Source: Epiperipatus broadwayi (Eukaryota > Animalia > Onychophora). From it: a DNA stretch of 64,000 bases. Numbering within the stretch: the stretch's first letter is position 1; each line of letters opens with the position of its first letter. The stretch lies in the NCBI GenBank assembly GCA_028023455.1, contig JAQFVV010000010.1, positions 2,852,001-2,916,000 of the forward strand, written 5' to 3'. Positions 53,402-64,000 of this stretch are shown here, in pieces. The notes below the pieces were generated by a model, which was given only the letters and a program-made list of their open reading frames with translations, searched no databases and was not told the origin of the DNA. Both the position numbers and the translations under genes were made by a program.

Positions 53402-54301
53402 ATCTGATGTTTCTCTATGCCTTTATTGACAAATCCTTGAATTTTCTCTTTGACTTCTGTTTTTGTGTAATGGGATTTTCACAGCTTACACACAATTCTA
53501 CATGGATTTCAACTAACTCAATCTCTACTGGGCTCATTGATATTGTAAAAAATTCCTCACTGAATAAATCTGAATATTTATTTTGAATTTCAAGTATGAG
53601 GAAATTTTTTTTATATAAGTAGCTTGGATTTCTATCGTGTGAATCATTCTCTTCCAATTATGGGGCTAATTTTTCCTTTTATTATGTACAGCAGTATTTT
53701 AATTATTTTTTGTAGTATCTAATTGGCGTTTTTACTCACCTCAATAATTTTTGTGCATTCCATCTCACATCTTCAGACTTAACATCAGTTTTTTGTAATT
53801 TGAATGCTAACATTAGCATGCTTCAATCTACCTCCGACGTTATTGATGAGCCATTATCTATCTCCATTGTAATCTCTTTTCCTCAAATTTGCAATTTCAT
53901 CATGAATTGCAGATATCCCTTAACTTCCATGTTTTTTACAACATCAGTATTAAAGGGTTCACATTCCCTATTTTTCTGCATACCTAAGTATTCTTTTGCT
54001 TTTCCCATTACCATTTTCTACATAGTCCTCTAAATTCTCCATCCACATTTAAAACATGTTTTCTGCTTCCACTTACAATCTTTTGCTCTATGACCTACAT
54101 TTCCACAGCAGAAGCATATAACTTGATTTATTTTTTTGTATTTAGATTTTTAGGGATTAACACATTTTTTTATACATCTCGAAAACTTGCTTATTAATGT
54201 TATGTTCAGGTTTAAACTTAAAAGCATGAGCCTGCTTTAAGATTAGCTCATAAGCTGTTCCTCTCATGATAGCAGTTTCATAAATTAGATCAATCTCTGC
54301 T

Positions 54302-54481
54302 ACTGACTGAGCCTGTCATCAGACATGCCCCGAAGTAATTGATCTATAAGTATTTCTTCGAGAAACTCCCCATATCTGCAATATTTCACTACTGACTGAT
54401 ACTGTCATCAGACATGCCCCAAAGTAATTGATCTATAAGTATTTTTTTCGGCAAACTCCCCATATCCGCAATATTTCACTA
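54302..54481. repeat. ~89-bp tandem duplication within Gypsy gag
   Basis: actgactga...ctgtcatcagacatgccc...atatttcact occurs at 54302 and 54391. Confidence 0.85.
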
Positions 54482-55180
54482 GCTCTTTCAAGTCTGAATT
54501 ATACTCCTTTATTGGTTCACCCGTAAACTGTTTTCTGTTCTTTAAATGTAAGCAAGCTATGTGACATGATGGTCAAGAGCTAAAATATTTCCTTAATTTT
54601 TTTATTGATCCCTTATATGATACATTATTTGTTATGAGAGGGTCATAAAACTTAGTAATTATTTCATTAATTTTTTTACCAAAAAAATGTAAGAATGATG
54701 TGACTTCATTGTGAAAAAATTTTCAACCTGGGTTATGTTACTAAATATAATGGTCTTTTGGCAGCATTACTCACATCAATTCGGCAATACAGGTTTGTCA
54801 ATATGATGACATTTTTAATTCCTTCAAAACTATGTTCAAACTAAACGATTGTGCCCAGTTTTGCTATGTCTTAGTTCATTAATCCCCAGACTAAGAATAA
54901 CAATTTAGTACAGTATCGTAATTGTTTGAGGACACAAAGAACGCAGTAACTCAGACTCCAATTTTATACAATTTAATATGAATCAAAATAAGCTATTCTA
55001 AAATAATATAACCCTTCTGCATCTAATTAGTAATGTCCTTTACTTACTAAGTTTATTCACCAATAATAATATAATACTCCATAATAATATAGGGTATATG
55101 AGCACAGACTTTCACACCACCCACCTCTCTTCACTCTATCTAATAACACTGATACACCTAAACACATAAGATAAATAATC

Positions 55181-55224
55181 ACCAATATACATATTTCATG
55201 CTAAACCAGCAATCATCAGTTGGT
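55181..55224 (-). ncRNA. Minimal type I hammerhead ribozyme motif (family 2, left arm)
   Basis: Mirror of 55752-55795 with stem III changed from AUACGUAU to AUAUGUAU. Confidence 0.65.
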
Positions 55225-55751
55225 CCAGACTATCATCTTTACACACATATATAATATAAGTGCTCAGATATATATTAAGATAGACTATCCTCATAGTTTA
55301 ATGGACAGGCTTCAATCCACTTCACACTCCAACTCTTCAACCGTCCATCCAATTGAAAATCTGATGATGGAATGCTCAAAGGCCACCCTGAGGCCGAGAT
55401 TATTGTCACACCCATGTTGACCTAAGGTCAATCTGAACCCCACATGTACAGGACATAATCCATTTAATACATATGCAAGGATGGGCAGACATCTCTATAA
55501 TGTAATAACTGAATGGATTATGTCCTGTACATGTGGGGTTCAGATTGACCTTAGGTCAACATGGGTGTGACAATAATCTCGGCCTCAGGGTGGCCTTTGA
55601 GCATTCCATCATCAGATTTTCAATTGGATGGACGGTTGAAGAGTTGGAGTGTGGAGTGGATTGAAGCCTGTCCATTAAACTATGAGGATAGTCTATCTTA
55701 ATATATATCTGAGCACTTATACTATATATGTGTGTAAAGATGATAGTCTGG

Positions 55752-55795
55752 ACCAACTGATGATTGCTGGTTTAGCATGAAATACGTATATTGGT
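55752..55795 (+). ncRNA. Minimal type I hammerhead ribozyme motif (family 2, right arm), sense to the host gene
   Basis: ACCAA-CUGAUGA-U-UGCUG(GUU)UAGCA-U-GAA-AUACGUAU-A-UUGGU; palindromic stem III; AUA triplet, predicted cleavage after 55790. Confidence 0.75.
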
Positions 55796-56255
55796 GATTA
55801 TTTATCTTTTCAGCATATATGTGTTTAGGTGTATCAGTGTTATTAGATAGAGTGAAGAGAGGTGGGTGGTGTGAAAGTCTGTGCTCATATACCCTATATT
55901 ACATATATATAGCTACAGGTATATAACAAGCCTGTGTTTCAGTTAATACTCCATAATAATATACTAATAGCCATACATTTACTTTTTTCAAGTAACTGTT
56001 CTTTCAACCTGGTGGCCACAGTATTGTTAAAGTTTGCTAGTATTGCATTCTTCTTGTCGAATATTGTAAGAATTCTTTTGATAGCTATCATAATGATAAT
56101 AATTGCATGGATGCAGCTGAGCTTTATAATTTAGAATGCATTGTCTTTTTTTTTAATTTTTGTTGATGTTGGATGACCATTGTAGCAGTGTACAGCTTAA
56201 TGTTTTTTAGTGCTTCCTTTAAAAAAAGGTTTACTGTCTCAATCTTTTTTTTTTA

Positions 56256-56388
56256 CAATCCTTTTGATAGCAATGATGGAAATCTACATAAGAAATTATG
56301 TATAAATCTCACAAATGTTAAGCAATCCTTTTGATAGCAATGATGGAAATCTACATAAGAAATTATGTATAAATCTCACAAATGTTAA
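56256..56388. repeat. 67-bp tandem duplication
   Basis: caatccttttgatagcaatgatgg...ctcacaaatgttaa occurs at 56256 and 56323. Confidence 0.9.
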
Positions 56389-57906
56389 TACCCAAATTGT
56401 TAATTTTTCACTAACAAAGGTGATTCTTTTCTGTTAGCTTAAAGATAGAACATATAATAAATTACGATAGCAACAACTTTTGTGAGAATGAAATTAATTA
56501 AATTCTAAATATACACAACTATAATATAAATTTGGCATAACTTTATTCACCAAAAGCAGAACTACTAAATAACCTAAGGAAAAAAGCAAATCACTTCTTA
56601 TATATTAATATTTATAATTTTTAAACAATTGTAATATCTTAGAACTCAAGGGTATATACAAACACCATTCCTCTGTCTGTTTCATCTATTTTGTATTTCA
56701 TTCAAATCTGGTTCCAAATTTTTCTAACACAATTTTTATAAAACATATGATTCAAATTATTGATATTTTCACCCATCTTATTCTTAGTCTTCACCTGTTT
56801 ATTAATTTTTCCATTCTTTTCTTCCAAAACAATTTTGTGGATTTGTTCCCTTAATAAATCCTGCAGAAATTTAACAGTTCCTTTTTTAATCACTTTCAAA
56901 AGTATTTTTTAATAGCTGCTAATTTTTCATATTCTTAAATTTCTAACCATCCACATTTCAAAAGTAATCTGAAGTGGTTATCAATAGTCCATGTTTTAGT
57001 TCCATTTGACAGTAGGGAACAAAGCTAATATCAGATTAAATTATAATTACATATGTTAGTCTGATATATAGATTAATTTTGTTTTGTATAAACAGATTTT
57101 GTCATTTTGATTATTTTTTAAAATATCTTTCCATTTTTCATATTAAATGTCTGAGGTATTTATAGCTACACCCTTTATCAAATATGATTTTTAAATCGTA
57201 TATTCAAATTAGAATTTTTTTTCCATCTGAATATTCTAGAACCTTCCACTGAAAGTTTAATTAATTAGTAAATACCAAAAAGTATCCCCACTATCTGACT
57301 GGTTATTATTCTGGGGATATTAATCTGTGGATATCAGAAAGTATAGTTCTATAATATCCCCCATATCTTGATTGGTTGCTGTTCTAGGGATATTACATCA
57401 GTGTTCTTTCTGATGTCCGTTGATTAATTAAACTTATAATAGATGATTCTAGAGTAAGGTGAAGAGAACTACTCTTGGAAGTAGATGAGAAAGCCTTGTT
57501 AGATTATTGTAGATGTAAATCTAAATATTGGGATTTCAGTCATATATGAACAATCAGCATATCATTCTTAATTAGAGTTATTAACTAAAAGAAATTATTC
57601 CATACATATATGTCTTCCAATTCTTTTATGTTGTTAAATATTTTTTTCTTTGAATAAATTGGTAAAGATGGAAATAAAATGGATGGCTCAGTTATTCCTC
57701 TCTGAACGGTAAATGGCTTATTTTTTCTCTATTTGTAATTGAAGTACTTTTTTCTCAATATAAATTTTTATTATAATTTTGATATCTTTTCCAGTCATTC
57801 ATAAACCTTAAAGATATTTAATTAAAATTACATAATATACATTAATATTTAAATACAAGTATAATTTATATACTCACAGTTTAGATGTAGTGTAGTGGAT
57901 TTGAAA

Positions 57907-58090
57907 ACAGACTTTCAAGCACCCTTCAATTATTCATTCTATCTCATACACATAACCACATACATGTGAAAAAGATAAATGACCTCCAATATACGTATTT
58001 CATACTGAATCAGCACTCATCAGTTAGTCCGGGTCATCATCTCCCACACACATATATAATCATTGTTCAGTTTATGTTAAGATGGCATTA
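57907..58090 (-). mobile_element. Diverged family-2 fragment with hammerhead motif (57979-58037)
   Basis: Aligns by eye to 55105-55290; minus strand CUAA-CUGAUGA-GUGCUG(AUU)CAGUAU-GAA-AUACGUAU-A-UUGG. Confidence 0.75.
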
Positions 58091-58989
58091 TCAAGTCTAA
58101 TATACTCTAAAAACAACATATATTCTGGTTTGGTTTTATTATTCCCTATTTTTACTTTCTTATTTTTTTAGTAATCATTTAATGTATTATTATTATTTTT
58201 TTTTTTTTCACAAGATACAGAATAAAATTTTCTGCTACCTTATCAATTAAGCTTCTGTAATGCTCTTTTTTTTTGCTTTGTGTTTTGGGGAAATTAGTAT
58301 AAAAAGACACTTTAACTTTTTAACCTTCTTGTCAGAAAAAGCTATTATTTCTTTCAAAAGAACTTTTATTTGTGCCTCTTTGCCCATCGTCAATATCATT
58401 AGATTACAATAATATGTCAAGTTACACTTATTCTACCTTCCCTTTTCACCTATACGTAATCCAACTGACAAACAATCATAGTGATTACCATATTTAATAT
58501 CAATATTTCACGTGTAATTTTTCTGGGTACAACAATCATCTTTTGATAACCCTGGTCAAATAAATACAATCTACAGGGACCTATCAAGGCAGTCTGCTTA
58601 ATAAATTACAACTTGAAATTTTGTCACGACCCGCAGTGTCTTCACTCCGACTCTTGAGGTGATTGTTAGTACATACATACCTGATTTGTAAATCTGCAAG
58701 CAATTATTTACATTTTTGTACAATAGAATTATATAATTCAAATAATCAGAAATATAAATTGGGCCTCTTCAAGTCTGTAGTGACTACATCCATCCTTTCA
58801 GAGGTCAGGAGAATTGACTTTAATCAATAGAGATAGTCAAATATTTACTCAAGGTTCGGTCGGCCTTCCTGCTTCTCAGTAACAGTATCCTATAAGTTAT
58901 GAGCCCATCAGGGAATGTGGATATAAGTCTTTTGAGTTTGATGTATAATAAATTGTTGTCACAAGGATGTCCTCATGTTCATAATAACT

Positions 58990-61900
58990 GATTATTTAGA
59001 GTATGTTAATCAATGAGTTCATTAGAGTATTCTATCTAATTGATATAGTCTTGGCCAAGTTAACTCTGGACCAAGTTTGATCCACCATCCATTCCTGACA
59101 CACGTCCTCTTGTCAGTCTTTTCCAGCTCTTTAATTTTCTTAAGAAAAATTTCATGAAAGATTTGTTCAGTTCCCCCTTGAAATATTAAAATGTTCCAGG
59201 CTGCCCAAATGGCAAAGTTCACTTGAGTTGCAAGTCTGATCAACCCAAATTCACCTTTTTTGATTATTTTGATAATATCAACTGCGGCAATATTTTTATC
59301 CGACATTTACATTAGCAACCATCTCCATATATAGTTCCATTTTTCACAATCTTGCATAATATGTTCATGATCCTCCTCAGCTTTATTGCAGAAAGGGCAT
59401 ATAGTGTCCAAACTAATCCCTCTCCTATAATTTAGAAAGGCTCAAGTAGGGAGGACTCCAAGACTGATCTTGAGCAGAAAAGTTTATCAGTTTTGCTTCT
59501 AATTTTAATCTCTTGGTCAGCCTTGCAAATCCAATTAATTATACCAAGTAAGGGTTTACTTTTTTCTTCAACCTTATCATTATGTGAGAGCCCATAAGTA
59601 TCCCAATAAGATAATTTCCCCGCAAACAAGTTGCTAGAAGTCTTGATATTGTTGCTGACTATCGAGACCTGTTGCTTCAACCAAACACCCCCTTTAGGTG
59701 GAGGGGATCGATCTGTGGGCTCCACTTTAATGCATAGCAAGGGACACTCAATTTTCTCATTCTCACACAGCAACCTGACCAAGATTTTATGGATCCATTG
59801 CAGAAGAAAATTTTGTAGGGAGTGCAGCCCTAACCATTCAACTTCTTAGGTTGCTGATTACTGTTGTCTTTCCTCTCTAGAACAGCTTCCTACATAGTGT
59901 TTCAATTCATTTAATAAGCACCCTTGTTGGGCAAAAGCCCACCAAATTGTATGTTATCTTTGGCAGCACCAATGCATTTAGTAGCGTGACCTTTCCCAAC
60001 AATGGCATGAGGGACCATCTTCAAGGAATTTACAGTTTTTTCGAACTTATCAAACAAGGCCTTCTCCAGTCTTTTCTCATAACATTGGGGAGGGAAGCCA
60101 GTCAGAAGCCGAGAAATTTCTGCGGGGGAGCTCTAAATCTCCCTGGGATTTGTTTCCCGGTTCTAATTGACCATAAGGCTGATTTCTCCTCATTGACCTT
60201 TAGACCAAAGTCACAAGCAACCTGGTGTAATATCTTCTCTAGCTCAACAATCTCCTCCCGTGAAGAGGGAAACACCACCATATCCATGTAGAAAATGTGG
60301 TGAATGTTCTCTCCCAGCAATGGAATGACAACTCCAGTTAGAGATGCTCAATGGTCAACAGGAGAAGGTTGATGTAGGCCATAAAAAGGAGAGTGCTCAG
60401 TGGTGAGCACTGAGGGATGGAAACACGGCCGAAAACCTGGAGCGACCCGACGATCCAAAGACAGAAAAACTTCACAATTTTGCAGCAGGTTCTCTATCAT
60501 TTACCTTAGGCACTTTGAGTCCCTCCAGAACCCTGAGCATCACTTCAATTCTGACACAATCGAAAGCACCGGCAAAGTTCAATTGTACCGCAAGTGGCTG
60601 GTTCATCCTTCTATTATGTACATGGTCAACTATGAGGCGGAACCAGACAATGGCATCAGCAGTAGAGCTCCCCTTCTTAGAAAATTGATAAGAGGACAAT
60701 TGCTATATTACGTTCTGCTGAACATGTTCTTTGATGATACTTTCAATCATCTTTATTAACAATGGGACCATAGAAATGGGTCTTACATTCCCCAAGTCAC
60801 CGTAGCATTGGGGTAGATCCCACTGTTTTTTTGGCATCCACCAGCAAGAAGGCCCACCATGTTCTTCACAATTGGAACCATGAAAGACCTAAGGTGTATC
60901 AGAGAAACTTGGGAATTTCCATGCAGACCGGGGTGAGTCCCATCTCAAAATGCTTTAATTTTAGCTAGAATACGAGATTCGGGGATGTGCGAATTGGAAA
61001 CCCCAGTTGAGAAAGACCTATGGAACTTAACAGAGCTTATAGGATTGAATTTTTCTGTGTAATGTTCCCACATATCAGTTGCTACCCACCTCGTACCCAA
61101 GGGCCCACCGAAGGTAACTCCTGGTCCAGCAGTGCTGCAGATGTAAATATTGTCACACCCTCTTAATCGAGAGGTATTCAGCAACTGCCCTCTGATTGTC
61201 CCTATACTTGGTTTTTAATTCCATAATTCTTGATATTTTTTGTTCCTGAAGGGGAAGAGTGTTCAGTTCCTCGGCAATAAAGTCCAGTTCTCTGATTAGA
61301 TGCAGTGGCCCTTATTGGCCTTCGTGCATTCAATTATCTGATCACTCAAAATTTTTATGAATTTTTTCCATACAATTTTAACAAGGAGGCTCAAAATCCT
61401 AATCCTCTTAAATTCAATGTACAATTCTGAAATCACTTGTGAAGCATTTGCTTTTGTTATCATTCTGATCGTATTCTTAAGCCCTGTAATAGTCTTAGCA
61501 CCCTCTGCAGGTCTGATCTGAACCACAAGCACCAGATGATCTGAAAAAGTCAGTGGTAACAGCTCAGCTTCCACAGAGGCAGAGAGTGAGGGTGACATAA
61601 ACACAAGGTCGATTAAGGATTTTGTCTTGCGATTGTAAAAGGAAAAACCCCTAGGTTTGAAAAATTTCTCCCCACTTACCAAGCATTGATTGACACAATG
61701 TATTTAGTTTCGAAAAGTTCATAATTATGATTAAAATTACCTATAATAATAGTGGTGAAGGGGCTGGTCTTTAATGTTATATTTATTGCATGGATCACAC
61801 TATGAACCAGTTCAGAATTTTCTTATAAATAAACATTGATAATGTTAATTAAACGGTCATTGAATTGTATTAAGAAAATTATACAATGAGAAGTAATCCA

Positions 61901-62050
61901 TAGAATCTTAAACCAGGATACTGGGGCTTTACGATTAATCAAAAAAGCCACCCCTCCTGCAGCAATATTAGAGTAGGAGTAATGAAACAAGCCTGCTGAT
62001 TGTAATAGATTTAGAGTCTTTGAATCAGAATTGGAATGCAATTTATTTAT
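58990..62050 (-). mobile_element. Degenerate L1/Tx1-like LINE ORF2 (APE, RT, C-terminal zinc knuckle)
   Basis: APE motifs GGVAFLI, INIINVY, SLIDLVF and TFSDHLVL; RT motifs LNFAGAFDCV and YMDMVVF; C-terminal CPFCNKAEEDHEHIMQDC and AIWAAWN. Confidence 0.82.
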
Positions 62051-64000
62051 TCATCAGCAATGTTGCCTTTCCTGATTTGTTTTCTGATTGCATTTTTGAC
62101 TTCCCATCTCAGTAAAAGGTATTAAAATGTGAAATCTCATTTTTTTCCCTTGTGTGAATAAGTGTACTGTGTATTCAAATAATATTTTTGTAATTTCATC
62201 ATATTTAAATTAGGATCTTTTATTTTCTTGTTAGGGGTAAAACAGCCTTAAATAGCCCACTGCAGAACAAAAATGTTTTCCTTGATTTGTTTATTCCATC
62301 TAATTAAATAATTTAAGATATGTATGGTTATTAAAGAAGAGAAATCAAAAAAAAAAAAAGATGATGGAAAAACAAATTGAAAAGATAAAAGTACTAAAAA
62401 GAGTGAACTAGAAATGAAAATTTATTGAAAAAGTTCTGAAAATAAAGAGGAATTGGATTAGGGTAGATTTTCAGATATAAGAAAATCAGAATATATTAAA
62501 CTGTGGGGGAGAGAATAGCCCTCCTATTGTCCTCAATGCCTAACTCCACAGAGTTTGACCGACTCTTTCTGGCAGAGTTTATGTAAAAATATTTATTTCT
62601 TTTTTCCATACAATATATATAGGATGTTTTTGAAATTCCAACAGCACTATATTAAGGTTGAATGCAGATTCTTTATAGACAAAGAAAAGAAAGATTGAAA
62701 GAATGCAATAACAAAGAGTAGATTGTCAATGTTTTCAAATCATTTTTTTTTTTTTTTTCAAAAATAAAAAAAAAATAAAAATGCTGAAAAATTCAAATGT
62801 CTTAAGTTTTTTTTCTAACTTTCAATGTCAATAATAAAAGCTGTAGAAGAATATTTAATTTAAATAAATTTTTTGAAAAAGGTGATACAAATTATATTTA
62901 TATATTTTAATAAAAATTATAAAATTACTTACAAATTAAGAATTTAAAATTAACTCCAGTTCAACGCATTACCTAAAATCATTATTTCAATTACCTACTT
63001 CTATCACTTTTGAATATATATATATATTATAACAAATATGTAAAATATAAGTTATATAATGGTATTTAAAAGGAAAAAGAAATACAGTATTTAAAAGTAA
63101 AAAGGGCTTATTTAATGTAAATAATTATTTAAATAATCTTTACAATAGTAATTAGAGAGGTAAGACATTTTTGAAATAGAGAACGAAAGACCAGTTTCAA
63201 GTTTAAAAAAACTCCAGTCAAATTATTCTAGTCTACTTTAAAATAAAGAAGAAACATAGAAGAAAAAACAATTAAACTTCGAATGGAACTATAATGATAA
63301 TTTAAGTATTAATTGGAAAGAAAGTATAATAAAAGTAATTGCTGTCCAAATAAAACTAGTAACAATTGCTTATCTTTTCTTTAAAACTATGAAATGAAAA
63401 CAAAAAAAAAAAAGTGTAAAAAATGTATGTGATAAGCTAAAGTATTAATATGAAAAAGGAAATAGAATGAAATAGTTTTGGAATGTAAAATAGTTTTGTA
63501 CAATTATTATCTAATTAAATATAAAATAATTTGGTAAATTATTATCTAATCAAGAAAGAAGGGATTACATTTTACTGAAAAATAGTAAACTGATTAGATA
63601 ATGTTATAATTAAAAAATCTAATTAATTGGTTGGTCAGGAGTATAAAAGCTAATAAATTTTCATGAACTTATTCTGCTCCTGTTAGTTTTACTGTTGTGT
63701 TGCTGGTATTATCTGGTGAATTTCGCAATCTCTTATCATTGTGGACTACTAATTTTGTGGTTCAAGCAATATATAGGCAACTCTGTGGATGCCTTAACAC
63801 CAACATGCCCTGCTAGAATCACAAAAGGAGTGTTCATTCTGTCTCATGCCATGCAGTTCCTATAAATTACCGATAGCCTGAGATGTGACCAAAACCCTGA
63901 CCTGCCATTGTTAAGACATAAGCCCATCATACAGTTAAGAGGGTTGCTGGACAATTAAATGCAGAAGATATGTTGTCCTGGTAAGAAAAAGCTATAAGCC

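Larger units (their letters stand above)
50678..54720 (-). mobile_element. Degenerate Ty3/Gypsy element (gag with CCHC knuckle, protease, RT, RNaseH, integrase)
   Basis: NRKQFTGEPIKEY, CFCCGNVGHRAKDC, EIDNGSS, LYFDNILI, IDASE...IAYASRTLSKAE, HEGHSG, FIDAYSKWME and YPVSHGLVEK; hosts HHR copies H and I. Confidence 0.88.
55085..55943. mobile_element. HHR element family 2: ~380-bp near-perfect fold-back insertion
   Basis: 55085-55464 is the reverse complement of 55512-55901 with a 47-bp spacer; TSD taatactccataa at 55072-55084 and 55944-55956; each arm carries a hammerhead motif. Confidence 0.9.

Noticed and set aside
55220-55756. Two near-identical 66-aa ORFs on opposite strands
   Set aside because: Mirror-image artefact of the fold-back; no recognisable domain.
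55501-55903. Gypsy solo LTR (TGTAAT...ATTACA termini)
   Set aside because: There is no 4-6 bp TSD at these ends. The real 13-bp TSD lies outside at 55072 and 55944, the sequence holds a hammerhead motif, and it does not match the LTR-like ends at 46382 and 50678.
63660-64000. GC-richer segment with hints of LTR-retrotransposon RNaseH motifs
   Set aside because: Hints on the two strands conflict and the segment is cut by the window end; it cannot be classified.
1-64000. CRISPR array, rRNA, tRNA or prokaryotic operon
   Set aside because: No regularly spaced repeat-spacer array or structural RNA gene was seen; the sequence is a spliced eukaryotic gene with transposon-filled introns.

Overview
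AT-rich eukaryotic (invertebrate animal, probably arthropod) genomic DNA. The window holds the middle and 3' part of one large + strand gene, a Girdin/Daple (CCDC88-family) coiled-coil protein. Its reading frame can be joined across 7 exons (5111-5881, 21258-21403, 21594-21683, 25154-25211, 25298-25421, 44726-44878, 45197-45304), with long introns full of decayed transposons: three Ty3/Gypsy remnants, three RTE LINEs, an L1/Tx1-like LINE, a hAT end and MITE-like palindromes. The main observation is a dense population of small non-coding insertions carrying minimal type I hammerhead ribozyme (HHR) motifs with palindromic stem III. Family 1 (~455-nt monomer, 9 loci plus a decayed trace) and family 2 (one fold-back insertion plus a diverged fragment) show structure-preserving substitutions. 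They insert as tandem, circularly permuted or inverted arrays, mostly flanked by 12-14 bp target-site duplications (TSDs). Two further ribozyme-less ~340-360 bp units share the same tandem+inversion+13-bp-TSD architecture. This matches Penelope-like element pseudo-LTRs or metazoan non-LTR retrozymes (known classes); whether these particular families are described could not be checked. All coordinates were read by eye, TE boundaries are approximate, and no database search or folding program was run.
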